Of a DNA stretch of 64,000 nt, positions 1 through 12,520 are shown piece after piece. A program made the position numbers and the translations under genes. The stretch is taken from contig NC_092379.1 in the NCBI RefSeq assembly GCF_030028105.1, positions 26,281,821-26,345,820 on the forward strand. Direction: 5' to 3'. Source of the stretch: Mobula birostris (taxonomy: Eukaryota). Position 1 is the stretch's first letter; each line of letters opens with the position of its first letter. Below the pieces are notes generated by a model that saw only the letters and a program-made list of their open reading frames with translations, had not been told where the DNA came from and ran no database searches.

Positions 1-2810
1 CATTCCAATGTTTGCAGTAACAACTTCTCAATCGCTGACGACTGTTGTTTTCTACTTCCAACTCGGAATAGGAAAATGTCACTTTCACAGATATGAATGT
101 TCCGCCCTGCTAGCTTCAGTTTCTGCAAGTGATGCTGTGGAGCTGATAACTTGCAAACAGCGTGAAAAGAATAATTTTCTTTCAGAGCAAAGGGATACCA
201 GGTGCTTAATGGTTTAAAGCGGGTATCACACAGAGATCGCCGTAGGAATCAGAGTCGGGAATTCAATCCTAAATCCCCAAAACAAAAATGCCATCAACAG
301 TGCTGAGCGGGGCTGACCCAACGTAAAAGGAGATCCAGAATAGCAGCAAGACAGCAAAGTTATCAGCCGCCTCAAGACCGAGTGGTAGAAGCTACATTCT
401 ATAAGAAATGTCCGAATCGCCTCCGATGTGTGTCGAAGATAAAGGGGAAAATGTGTACTAAAGGCTCTATCGCTGTAAGCTGGAGAATTGATAAAGGATG
501 CCTTGCCCCCAAGAAAAAAATGATTTCTCTGCCATCATCCCGTTTATAACAGTCCTCCTCCTCAGCGAGAAGTGCAGGGTATTCTTCTCGATGCCTGCGA
601 GAACGCTAGCCTCTTACTTCTATTTTGTTATTTTGCCATCCACATCTCCAGTTTAAATTTTGCTGGCTCGTGCTTTTTGGACACTTGTTTTCATTTATTA
701 AAAAAAAACACATGCTGTATTACAAAACTAATTTCGTTCCGCTACAAATTCCTTAGGTCTCAGTTTTCCTGTAACGAAATTCCCTCAATGGAGACGCACC
801 ATCTCAGCACCTCCACACAGAAAAGTGACATCCCGACTTCTTTCAGTGTTTCTTGAATACATCTCAATGATCAGCAACTTGCTTCGTGAGACCAGGCAAT
901 TAAAAGTTTAACTAGCAGTTATCTGGTTATACCTCGCCAACGCCGACGGTTCAATAGAACGAGTCCTCAACCAGACAGGTCTGGACCACTACTATGACCT
1001 ACCAGTTAGGCAAGACATGATTATCATTTACGTAGGAGGACTGCGCTTCAGTTCAGCCCATCGTACATTCAGGTAGCAAGTCGTCTAAAAAGAGATTCCA
1101 ATCGGCTGCACAATCTCCGCCACCTTGATTTTCATGGTTTTCTAGCTTCTCATATTAGCAGCAACAGACGTAACCTGTGGCCCTCTCTTGTAGCCCAGAA
1201 TTTGGGTGTTCGCAAATGACATCACAATAACCACAGCAACCCATGTCCATGCAAAATAGATATCGAAAACCCTGGACAACTATGCTGGGATGACCAGGTA
1301 GCTACGCGATTAGCCAAGAGGTCCAGGCACACGGTGATCAGGAAAGACTAGGCTCCGAGTTTGTTGTGAAGAAAGACGTTTCGTCGACTGAGGACAACTC
1401 AGTGAAATGTCTCGCAAAGCTGTTTAATGCAGCAATGCGAGACAACGTCAACATCACCAACACACTAATGCAGACCGAAGAGTTTCTGTAGAACATCGAC
1501 AGAGCTGGACTGACAGGTAAATTTAAGACATGCCGTAACAAAATGATACACTCCATGTCTACTCTGGCTTTTGGAGCTGTATGTGTCCCCCAGGGCCACT
1601 GTAAAATGCATTAAGACGATAGTCAGCAAGAACTTGAGGAGGAGGCTGGACATTCTCCTAACGTTTTCCTCAGTGGCACAGGCCATATGAACAGGCCATC
1701 TACAACTCCGATTGTCATCTGTAGTAGAGGACATCAAGGTAGCAATGTGTAGAGTTGTGTTAGCAGTCGGGGACTCCGATCACAAGCGAATAAACCAAGT
1801 GAGAGTAACAAAACGATCGCCAAAATTGGACAGTCAACGCGGCGACAGACAAGGTAGTGAGAATTCAGCAATTGGATTATATCATTAGCAAAACTTTCGG
1901 GAGACGGAAAGGCCCTGGCTACCCATATTTTTCTCTATGGAGCAGTGCAAGTGTACGGGGTTGGTGTGACACGGAACCGTGAGGACGAAACACTTTCATC
2001 AAGGACATTATTGTTGGGCTCGATGGATGCTTGGACGAAATGGGTTCTTATCAAGCGTAAGATTATTTAACTGAGTTTAGAGACTGGAGCCTTCGCCTTT
2101 CCTTTCAGGCATGCTGTCAGTTTCTAACAGTCTCCCTACACTATTCAGTTGAACGCAAGGTTGTGAGAGAGAACCATAACTGCCATCTTTGTAGTCTGTG
2201 GGATATACCCGGACGCCAGGTATCCAAAGATGCAAAACAGCTTTAACGCAAGACGGTATCGGTAGCACCAGGATAAAGTTCCGCTGTCCCGTCCTGACAC
2301 AGTGGAACGACAGAGGAGTGAAAGGAGACCAGGTGGCGGAAGCAGAAAGAGGGCAGTCATTTTCATCGAGGAGAGGCAATGTAGTGTCATCAAAAAAGCA
2401 TAAATCGAATCTGCTGCAAACTGCCAACTGATAGAAGATGAAGGTTGATGTAATGAGGAAGCTAAATTTCATGGAGTTAGTACAAATCAGAAATTGTGCT
2501 GGGGACTCAAATTACAACAAATATAAAGGCAAAACATCAACCCTGTGAAGAGCACAGTACCATGGGTGGAAGGATGCGAGGAGGTTCACAAGAGGAAGGC
2601 CCTGCATTACCAGTGCGTGAGCGGACGGACAAAGGTTGTCAGACATGGCTATTTTCTGTGGAAATCAGCTGTGGAGTTTCCACGACAGGGTCAGCTTGGA
2701 AGTTTCTGCCTGCGCTGGACCTTAACGGAAAGACCAAGAACTAGTAGCTTACCTTCTGCGGGAGGAAACAGACAGAGCCTCTTTCTGGAGATAGTACAGC
2801 AGTAAGGTGT
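1..2810 (+). mobile_element. Decayed RLE-type non-LTR retrotransposon, HERO-like (R2 group), copy 1; 5' boundary uncertain
   Basis: Frameshifted remnants in the expected order: RT-like GIPIGCTIS (~1095-1120) and DDITITT-like (~1215-1235); post-RT knuckle C-KTALTQ-RY-W-HQDKV (~2230-2280); restriction-like endonuclease K-DV-RKL-F, IVL, TVPWVEGCEEVHKRKALHYQ, W.F.VE (~2440-2700). Confidence 0.75.
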
Positions 2811-3007
2811 GAATCTGGAAGTCACGATTTCCTGGGCAGTGACTTCGTGCCCCACCAACTGGAGAGCGGAGTAATTAGCGCAGAAACACACGATGAAAGC
2901 TGGGCAACACCTGACGACATATTCTCCTGGTCAAAGGCAACAGTTACGTCACCAGTTAACTGAAGAGAGTACCTGGTGTATAACGCAGGTAGTTTGATCC
3001 TCATTAG

Positions 3008-3730
3008 CATGGATGGATGAGAGAAGGACTGTGTGCGTCATGTACGCAGAGGGGTAGTATGAAATGATGCGCGTCACTGGCAGAAGTGAAGAGTATGGCA
3101 GCTGCATATATCGCCGCGCGGTCAGGATTGCCGTGAAACAATCTCGGCCTGAGATATTATTGCTTATAATACGTAATGGCGCACGGTTATTAACTGTTCT
3201 CGTGCGGAAGGACTTAGAACGAGGTGGAGTAGAGATGAATCACCGTGCACCATCGAGGTTCAGAGAGCAGAACTGCTAAACTGGCATTTATGTTCGGTAT
3301 AACCGGAGAAATGGGCTGTGCTATCCTGCTGAAATCTCGCATATCGTGCACAGACCACCAGTCATCCGGGTGCCTGCATTTGGAATGAGACATATTGTGC
3401 CTAAATTTGAGATCCTTCAGACGATTTATCATATCACTTCAGTATCGGCATATGGTTGGATGAGTGAAGGACTCGCTATGTCATATACGTAGAGACATAT
3501 TATAAAATGACACGTGTGGCAGGCAGCAGTGAAGGGTACGGCAGCTGCATATTGCGCTGGACCGTCAGTATAGCCCTGAGAAAAAGTCGTCCAGAAATAT
3601 TATTGTTCATTTTACGTAAAGGCGCACAGATGTTGACTGTGGATCTGCGCAGGGGCCGAGAGCGCCAATCAGAACGGTGCCCGGAATTTGCAATTTTAAC
3701 TGTTTCAGAACCCGACTCAAATATTTAAGG
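3008..3730 (+). repeat. Tandem ~443-bp unit (about 1.6 copies) of unknown identity
   Basis: TATGAAATGATGCGCGTCACTGGCAG at 3058 recurs as TATAAAATGACACGTGTGGCAGGCAG at 3501. ORFs 3064-3279 and 3507-3728 are homologous (YGSCI...SRPEILL.I.R.GA). Confidence 0.8.
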
Positions 3731-6700
3731 TTAGAGTGGTCTTTATTCCCAGGGATACATGATATCCTATCTAATGCTCCTCCAGGAAGTAATTTATCTT
3801 AAGTCGGCGGTTACCCCTTCAGGGTTAAAAAAAAAAGTCACTGAAAACAGAGATGAAAAAGCCCACCGGCATGTTCCTTGGCTTTTCCTTACTTCAAACA
3901 TTAATATAAATTAGTATGCTACTTCGGGTAATTGATAAATATAATGAATGTTTGTAGCAAGAAAGGTCAAATCTGTTCCAGTTGCACTCCTGCACTATTT
4001 TCCCACGCATCTTTAAAACGCAAAATCTAATCTGTTACGAGCTCACCCGTTTTCGTTTTCATCTCGTGACCGCCGCAAAATCAGTTTGATGCTTGGGCCA
4101 ACTATCATTGTTTCAATGGTCTGTTCTAATCATAGGTGTCTGCATACTGACTTTCCGTTCCCTCCACCTGCCTGCCGTGCCCAATCCCCATTTGCTCCTC
4201 GGGGTACGTGAATCGTTGTACCATGATGTACCGCCCATTCCATACCCGAATCGCTGTGCCCTGCTACTGCTGTTCTCCAAACGTTCGACGTCAGTGCGTG
4301 ACCATGACTCACTTCAAAAGAAAAATTATTCTTAGAAGCATGTTTGCTATTCCCAATATCTGAGGTGCTGCTGTACTGACTCACTGCATCAGCCGCCCCT
4401 TCTGCAACTTTCAACAAACACTGGGCGTGTGTTTTGACGTTTGGAATGAATTGTGGATAACGGAATCTTAAGAATAAAGAAGCACACCTGCGCCTCTTTC
4501 TGTGTGTTTCAAATGCTGAACCGATAGTCTAATTGGACATAACAAATTACAGCACACCCACTTACATATTTAAGTTCTTCATTAAAGCCGGACTCTTTTA
4601 CATGCTTTTTTCTAGCTCCCTTTGCAATCTCAACCCACATATTGGCTTCTATTCGGAGGCTTATGTTTCATTCCCAAATATGTGTGTGTGTGTGTGTGTG
4701 TTTTTCTCTCTTCTTGAAACTTATTAACCCCACCAAGGAATATTCAATATTCACTGACCATAATAACAGCTTTATAAAGATGTAATTCCGTCTCATCCAA
4801 TCCACCAATCCACTGCCTTTGTCTTCCTTTCTGCCTTTTCGATACAGAGTACATTACTTGATTTTAAATTCCCAAATATGGCACCCTTTTTGCCACGACT
4901 TAGTGACGTCCACATTTTCATACCAGTCAATATTTAATTAAGCCAAAAATTCATCCATGATATTCAGAAGGCTGCGAGCATTGAAATGCCGATCCTTCAG
5001 TGCTGCATTGTTCGACCTTTTTTGTTGCTGCCTCTGTTGTACTGCTAACTTTTTGCTCTCTGCATGTACACCCGATCTTTGGTTTGCCTTTTTTTTTTTA
5101 CGTTCATGTTACAAGCATCATCTACCTGTAAACTTCTGACTCTTCCTCAGCTCGATCTACATGTTTCCCATCTCCAACGCTCCCGTTGCGACTGCTCAAT
5201 AGACCAATGAACTGCGTGAATTGTCCCTAGATTGAATGCCGACTTCAGTTTCCCGATCAGTTGACGGAGGTCCGTACTCACCAATGAAATATAGAGTTTA
5301 CACATGAGAATATACTGATTCATGCGATCAGTTTAACGACGAAGAGCTCTCAAAGGCACGTCACAATCTTATCAGCTCCTATTACTGGTAATTTTTGTGT
5401 TGGCATGTTGCTACGTAATATTCCGGCAGGTTTGTACTTCATTCTTCATCACTCCTTGGAACAGTGCTTTAAACAAGCGACAATCTATTCTTTCAGATTT
5501 ACTTTGCTTTTCCAGATGATATCCATGGGGATTATATCTTATAATATACCTATCGGATCAGGCGCCTTTCTACTTCTCCTTATCTCTCACCTGTGCATAC
5601 CAAAGCTCCCGTTAATCTTTGAATGAGCTTCTTGCACCAGGTTGCTTATTTTTTTTTTTTTTTTTTTGTCTTTCTCCTTTCTTGACACCACATAGTATTA
5701 AAGGATAAATCAGCATTTGTTCCTGTACAAAGCGTTTGAATATGGTTAGAATTAAGAGCACATAAAACTACCTCAAGAACTGTGATATTCCCGTCCTACT
5801 CATTATAGCACTTCTTAGTAAACCAACTAATTTCAGACGGTGTTTGATGAATATACGTTCTTTAAATTTATTAAAGTTGATTACGATAACATCAGCACTT
5901 CGTTTTATTAGAATGGTGTAGCGAAGACTCAATCGAACGCTCAGACATCGAATCTACGACAACACAATGACAACAACACATTGACACTTGTGAAGATCAG
6001 ATAACAAACTACGTGTACCATATATCCTTGGTTGGATTACAAAGAACGTAAGGAAAGATTTCATGATACAATCGCATGCAAAGTTACAGCAAAGCTGAAT
6101 TTAAGAGCCACCAATGCATTATAACTTTGAAAAGTTGCGGACACTTGTGATGAAATTGTGGCAGGAAAAAGGCACCGTCGTCAGGATCTGAATTGTGCCT
6201 GAACAAATGGATTCACAAAGGAGTTGTCTCGTTTAGAAAATTACGATTCTATATGACGATTGGGTCTACCTGCCTGCAGAGACCAGAAGTGTAAACACAC
6301 GGAAGTATATCAGATAAGGACGGATAAGACGAAATGTCATGTAAAATAAACTTGCAATACTTGCACAGTCTTGATGAGAACAGAAGAGGGTGTAGTGTTA
6401 AGTGGCGAGAAGCAAATTTAAAGGGGAACTTCAACATAAATTACATACTTTTTTTAATCTGCAAAGAACGTGGTTGATATCTCTAATTCACAGTCAGTAA
6501 GGGTAATATAAACGGGTGCATTTACTGCAGTTTGGGTGGTTAATTTGACTAAGGACAGAGGGTGTATACGGAACGTAGGAATATGAAGTTGGGATGGAAT
6601 GACATAAACAAGTTTATCTGTTCATGGTGTGCTGAAGTTACCCATTTCGTTGACGTGCTTTGTTTGGACTCTAAGAATCATGACATTTGCTCAGTTTTGT

Positions 6701-7124
6701 GTAATGGGATATTGAAACAATCCAAAGCCGACGTAAACTAAAGTAAAACTTTAGAACTTTATTTGTGCAATTTATCTCTTCAACATAGTCGGCAATGGTT
6801 GGTTTCTTGCTAAAGACAACACCAACCTCCTAGCTTTGGACTTTGTACATATATATATCAACTCCGTTTTGTTTTTAGTGCGAAATCATAAGAAGGGATT
6901 TTTCATATTCCCATCTTTGCCTTTGAGTCTTATATGCAGCTGAAACTTTTGATCTGAGGAAGTAACTTATGTCCGGTCGCGACCTATCTGTCAACTTTCA
7001 GATGATTGGCTGTGCTGAGGAATAAAGAAGTAGTACAGGATTACATAGAGTAAGAAACGGATTTGATGGGGACTTGGAGAAACAAAGCGTTTCGTTAAAA
7101 ATCTACAGTGAACAGACCACAGGC

Positions 7125-7959
7125 ATGCTGGTCCTATGTATGTTTATTTTTGCTGCAGCGCTTCTGATAGGCAAGTTTTTCAACATTTTCACATCGTTTT
7201 CCTCACCGTGCAATACAGGATGATTATTAATAAATACCAATAATGCAATATTGTCCCTTTAGCGGGACAGGATTTGGGATGACGAAAGTAATATGGATCC
7301 AGATCTCCTGCAAGTGGTAATAGAATGTTTAGTGTATATTGCGAGGCCAACAACAGGTGAATCCTCCTCACTCCTTGGCGGGGAAGCATTTTCATTTTTT
7401 TTTGTCCTGCGATGGAAAAGAGACGAGAACCCGCTAATGGAGGCTATTGGAAGTTTTTACAAAAGTAAAATTTTATTCAGCCTTTTCTGCCATCCCTGCT
7501 AATTTATACGGGAGAAATACTTCGACGTCACATTGTTATCCCAATCAGTTGCCCCCGGACAGTACTAAGCACAACAGTATGCTTCGGATATATGCGAGCA
7601 GAATTCTGATATTCTTTGATTAAAATTTTGAAATCATTTTTGACAATAACATGACATTCCCGAGGCGATGCCGTTTATCAGTCACCTGCTCTCACCACTG
7701 TCGCCGAAGGGGAAGCTGCAGTGTTAAACTGTAACTATAAAACTGAAAGCGTGGACAACCCTGCATTAATCTGGTACCGTCAGTATCCCGGAGGTTCGCT
7801 GGAGTTTCTGTTGCTCCGTACGAAATTCGATGGCCACCGAAATAATATTCTCCGGCAACGGTTTACGGCGCAGCTGAATGATTCGAGCGGAACGGTCCCA
7901 CTGACAAAATCCGAAACACATCTCGGAGACACAGCATTGAATAATTGTGCTCTGAGGCT
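7125..7959 (+). pseudogene. T-cell receptor alpha/delta-type V segment (V1), pseudogene; leader exon 7125-7170, V exon 7653-7959
   Basis: Leader MLVLCMFIFAAALLI(G) ends at G|GCAAGT. V exon reads (G)HSRG-DAVYQSPALTTVAEGEAAVLNCNYKTESVDNPALIWYRQYPGGSLEFLLLRTKFDGHRNNILRQRFTAQLNDSSGTVPLTKSETHLGDTALNNCALR, with first Cys, WYRQ, RF and DTA..C motifs of TRAV/TRDV, followed by an RSS. The expected acceptor reads CAT (7650-7652) instead of CAG, and YYC reads NNC (7940-7948). Alpha versus delta cannot be resolved from sequence alone. Confidence 0.9.
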
Positions 7960-7998
7960 CACAGGGGTACAGAACTAGACTGAACCGGTACAATAACT
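7960..7998 (+). other. Recombination signal sequence, 23-bp spacer (degenerate heptamer)
   Basis: Heptamer CACAGGG (7960-7966), exactly 23 nt of spacer (7967-7989), nonamer ACAATAACT (7990-7998; 7/9 match to ACAAAAACC), directly after the V1 exon. Confidence 0.88.
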
Positions 7999-8739
7999 AC
8001 TTTGGTTTTCTAGAGCAGCTGAGTGTATCTGCGGTTTTCTGAGCACCTGTAGATCCTTGGACATCCCGGCATACAGGCAAATAACAATGCATTTCCTGAA
8101 ATTATTATCCAACAGATTGTGTCACCGTAATCCTGTTACTGTTCAATCTGTTCAAATGCGCATCCGCCTACCAAAATCCCGTCTATAATCATTCATACGA
8201 CCAAAGAAGCAACAACCTCCCATTCCATTTTCTCACTGTTTCGAAGAAGAGCCTATTTCCCTGGCAAAGTGGAGGATGCCCACTGTTGAAGAAATGCCGT
8301 TTATTATCCAGTAACACTGCTACGTTGAAATTTCGCTATTTAGGTAATCTGTTATTACTAGCAGTTTTTAATATGTCAATTTATTATCAAATTTGTTTTT
8401 AATGGTGAACATTTTCTGTCAGAGCGATACTGTTGCGCCCTCCTTTGGCTTACTAGAAAACAACAACCTAACATCGCCGGATTGTGGCCCCACTCTAAGA
8501 AATAGATGGGCGCACTGGTACAGGACGAAATTGCATTTTAATTTGCAGTTCACCCTTGATAAGTACCACAGAGTCAATCCAGGAAGATGCAGTTTACAGA
8601 GCAATCGTTACTTCTTGTTTGCTCAGAATTGCTCATCAATCGTTGAATTGAATTTTGGAGACCAGAGGTAATTTTGCAGCTATATAGGACTCTGGTCAGA
8701 CCCTCCTTAGCGTGCTGTAGGGTTCTCGTCGCCTCACTA

Positions 8740-9245
8740 CAGGAAGAATGTGGATGTCATAGAATGGGTGCAGGGAAGCTTTACAAGGATGTTGCCTGAT
8801 TGAGGAGAATCTCTTATGAAAACAGGTTGAGTCAACTCGGCCTTTTCTCCTTGGAGAGACGGAGGATGAGAGGTGACCTGATAGAGGTGTATACGATGAT
8901 GCGAGGCAGTCATCTTATCAATAGTTAGAGGCTTTTTCCCAGGGCTGAAATGGTTGACACATGAGAACACAGGTTGAAGGTTCTCAGGACTAGGTAGAGA
9001 GGAGATGTCAGTGGTAAGTTGTTGTTTTTTTTTCTTAAAGAGTGGTGAGTGCATGGAATAGGCTGCCTGTTATCGTCGTGGAGGCGATACGATAGGGTAT
9101 TTTAAGAGACTTTTGGATAGGTACGTGGATTTTAGAAAAATAAAGGGCTATGGTAAAGTCCAGTAATCTCTAAGGTAGGGACATGTTCGGCACAAGTGGT
9201 CCAAAGGGCCTACGTTGTGCTTCATGTTGTCTATGTTTCTATAAA
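8740..9245 (+). mobile_element. CR1 LINE 3' fragment
   Basis: Degraded C-terminus (YRK.V...[29 protein letters not shown]) followed by the CR1-type 3' tail. Confidence 0.75.
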
Positions 9246-10865
9246 ATTGCGTAGCTGACATCTCACGTTTCAGGAAATAAGTTTAACATCACACATGACA
9301 CCATTCAAAGAGTCTGAGTTCAGGTAACAGAAAAATTAGGGGAAATTTAAAGGCGAATGGGTAATATGAACACAGAACGATATTCCTTGATGAATTATAG
9401 GTTAATAGCAAGGCTTGCCAAAGTGTCGGTGATATGAGCAGTTGAAATCCCGTGACATGTATACTATACTATTATATGTAGAGTTCCTGCTAAAATTATA
9501 TTTTATATACTATGCAAATAAAGTGTTGTCGTCGGGTTATTGGATATGCTATAATATTAATCTTGACTATTCCGAATTCCATAGGGTGCTGTACTGCTTT
9601 AACAACAATTCATTTCACTAAATTTATCTCCGACACCATCTCCACGAAATTGTTCTCGGTTTAGTGAAACTATTAAGCCTCGTGAATTCGAGTCGGGTTC
9701 GTAAATCCATGAGCCCTGCAGTCCAATGCACTGTATTTGCAAATAGTTGTCTTACTTAAAGTCATTAAGAATTGTGTTTTGTACTGAAGACTGTTAACTT
9801 TATTTTGACTCGCAGGGATTTTCAACTTTCAATTGTTACTTGAATCGGGATGCTGATTAACTCTGAGTGCAATGTTGTTTTGTTTCGAGAATAAATCATT
9901 TCCCGGTGTCGCTCTGTCTAACCACTGATGATCTGTCAGAATTGATCTAAAATGAATTCTTTCTTTAATATCTACATGTGAGATTGTCGTTTCTCCGCAC
10001 TTGGGTCAGTGATTTCTCAGCAGTGTAAATTGCTAAAATGTGATATCAATAAGTACTTTGGGGAGTTGGTTGTCGTCGTTATCTGGAATTTCCAGTTGGT
10101 GGACGATTTCACTGCACCCCTCTCTGTACCATTTGGGACATCATATACTTGACAGGTTAGAGCACTGACTTGCCTTTGTCTTCTGTCGGGTGAGTTTAAA
10201 GAGGTCACCACGTCTCTTCTTGATAGATCATCTGCTTGCAAAGCAGACATTGCCTTCCAAGGTCGGAGCTCTTCTACCTTCCCCACCAGACTCCTGCTGG
10301 GTCCGTCGTTGGCCATCACTCGTAACCCCGAGCAAGGGGCCCTTACCCGGTGCTACCAGTCGGGTCAGCTGGACCTGGCGAAAATCGCAAGGGAATGATC
10401 GACCAGACCCTTTGGCCAAATTAAGGCTCTGCTACCCATTTTTGGGAGTTACGATGTTAATTAAATTGTTTTACCCTGTTGTGATGTTGACTGCTGTAAT
10501 CTCAATTGTCGACAGAGTTAATAATTTTTGTTGTTCCTTTCTTGTGTCAACCATTCTCATGAGTTTAATAAAGGCAAGCCGCCGATTGTCTTTTTTCTGT
10601 TCTCACTAGCTCAAGTAGACATTAGGACATTGTAATATGATACAGATAGGGACACATGTTTTAGAGATTTGTTTAAACACGTGCTTCCCTTCATAAGTCT
10701 AAACAATTAAGCATGAAAGTACGGAATTAATACAACTAAAGAAGAAGTCAGCTGTTTAATTCATTGTGACTGGTGTAATTTCAACAGAATATGATCAAAG
10801 TGAGCACCGTTGACGTTACAGTAACAGTGTCTGTACGAGGACTAACATAAGTTGGTTAATTTACT

Positions 10866-11448
10866 TGTAAGACGCTATAGGGTTTCACTGCTAATGTAAT
10901 GGGCTCTCTGTAAAGTTTCACTGCTGATATAATGGTTCCTCTGCAGCAGCAATGTTTGGTTTATGACTAGAAATAACGGGGCTATGGAATGTGGAAGCTA
11001 TGCAATGAGAAAAAATATTGTTTTTTTCTTGTGAGGCTGGAAGAGAGATTTTTGCCGTCTTTTTCCCGGGAGAGATGAAGAGAAAAGACGCGAATGGCGA
11101 GTGCTGGTAGACCGCCGGACAGAGTGGACTTGGAGTGAAGGCCGACGGTCAGGGTCAGTCCGAGGAGGTCGACAGCGGACAAACGGCCTTATCAGTATCT
11201 CCAAACGTGTGCATTAGGCTGTTTCATGAGAATGGGCCGTTTGCATTGTTCTTTTGTTTTCTTTGCTAATCATATAGTAAAATTAAGGATTATAAAGCTC
11301 AATTGTTTAATCGCATATTGTGGACTCTTTGTTATTTCGTTGTACTGATTTGCAACAGGGACACATCATACAGCATTCCGCCAAACGAGATCTCTTAAGT
11401 TTGGCCTGGCAGGCCCTATATTAAGCCGAAGCCGAAACGAGTGTTACA
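10866..11448. mobile_element. Probable solo LTR
   Basis: Inverted termini TGTAA (10866) and TTACA (11448), LTR-like length, no coding capacity. No target-site duplication found. Confidence 0.4.
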
Positions 11449-11909
11449 ATTGTGGGGGCTTGTCCATAAGTTATTCTGTTGGATGCTGTGTGACTAAAAT
11501 GGTGGGAGCAGCTCTCGTTTTAATGCAGATCTGCGCTGGGGTAGTGGTAGCTGAGTATGGCGATTTCAAAGACAGCGTTCCTTCGTTTCTGAGGGTGGTC
11601 GGAGTTAGAATGTCTAATTTGTCCACGTCCATTGATGAAGAGTGAGGACTCTGATGAACGCCCTTACCTCCCTTGTGAATGATTAGAAAATTCAGATTTA
11701 AAGTCCCAGCTGTGGTATATTCCGCCTATTGTCTGGAATAGAGCCAAAATCTAAAGGAGAAGAGGAGTAGGAATCTTAGGCGCAGCGTACCTGCAGATTC
11801 TTGATGAGTGGCAGAGCTCTAATGACGTCAAGCGACAGAGACAGGTTGAAAGTTTGAGCGTTGTTCAATGAGGGCGTTGAGAATAGGAACAGTGATGTTT
11901 TGTCCTGAT

Positions 11910-12520
11910 ACCATAAGGCCATAGACATAAACGCAGAATTAGTCCTTTGAGCCCATTGGGCCTGCTCGGACGTCGATCATGGCTGAGTTACCTTTCCTGT
12001 CAGATATATTTTTCTACCTTCTTCTCCAAATATTTAATCCAATTATAATCATTAACATATCGCCGCTTTAAATATATGCAATGTCTTGGTCCCTGCGCCG
12101 TCTGCGTCAGTAAATTACACGGATTCTCTTCCATCTGCCAAAATAAATTTCACCTCTTGCCTGCCTAAAGAGACATCCTGTTTTCTTCCGCTCCTAGTAT
12201 TTCCCACTATTGGATGCATCATTTACAGATCAGTTCTCTCTTGTCCTTTGAAATGTCGATACTTTCCATGAGGTCCACGCACTCACGCAAAACTAACGAT
12301 CTTATCATTGTTCCGGAAACCAATTCTAACTTTTGATCTGCTTTACTTACACCACCCTCAAATGCAGGTTACTATTTAGGAAATCCTACACTGGGACACT
12401 GAACTCCCATACACTTCAGATTTGTCTATTCACTTCCGAAATAGTCTGCACCTTTTCTCTTGCTACAGAAGTTTTTGACTATGCATTTCCCGACACTGCA
12501 TTGATTCTAGATTCTCCTAG
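11910..12520 (-). mobile_element. Highly decayed CR1 3' fragment
   Basis: CCATAAGGCCATAGACATA...GATCATGGCTGA resembles the reverse CR1 tails at ~20030-20100 and ~39720-39790. Confidence 0.45.

Larger units (their letters stand above)
1..5175 (+). repeat. Segmental duplication, copy A (paralog of ~55694-61759)
   Basis: Colinear anchors: ATGTTTGCAGTAACA at 8 and 55701; CGACGTCAGTGC at ~4285 and ~60587; CCCACCAAG...TTCACTGA at ~4728 and ~61013; TTTCCCATCTCC ending at 5175 and 61759. Confidence 0.9.

Noticed and set aside
10020-10420. Possible non-LTR element 5' fragment on the minus strand
   Set aside because: No diagnostic motif could be confirmed, so it was left unannotated.
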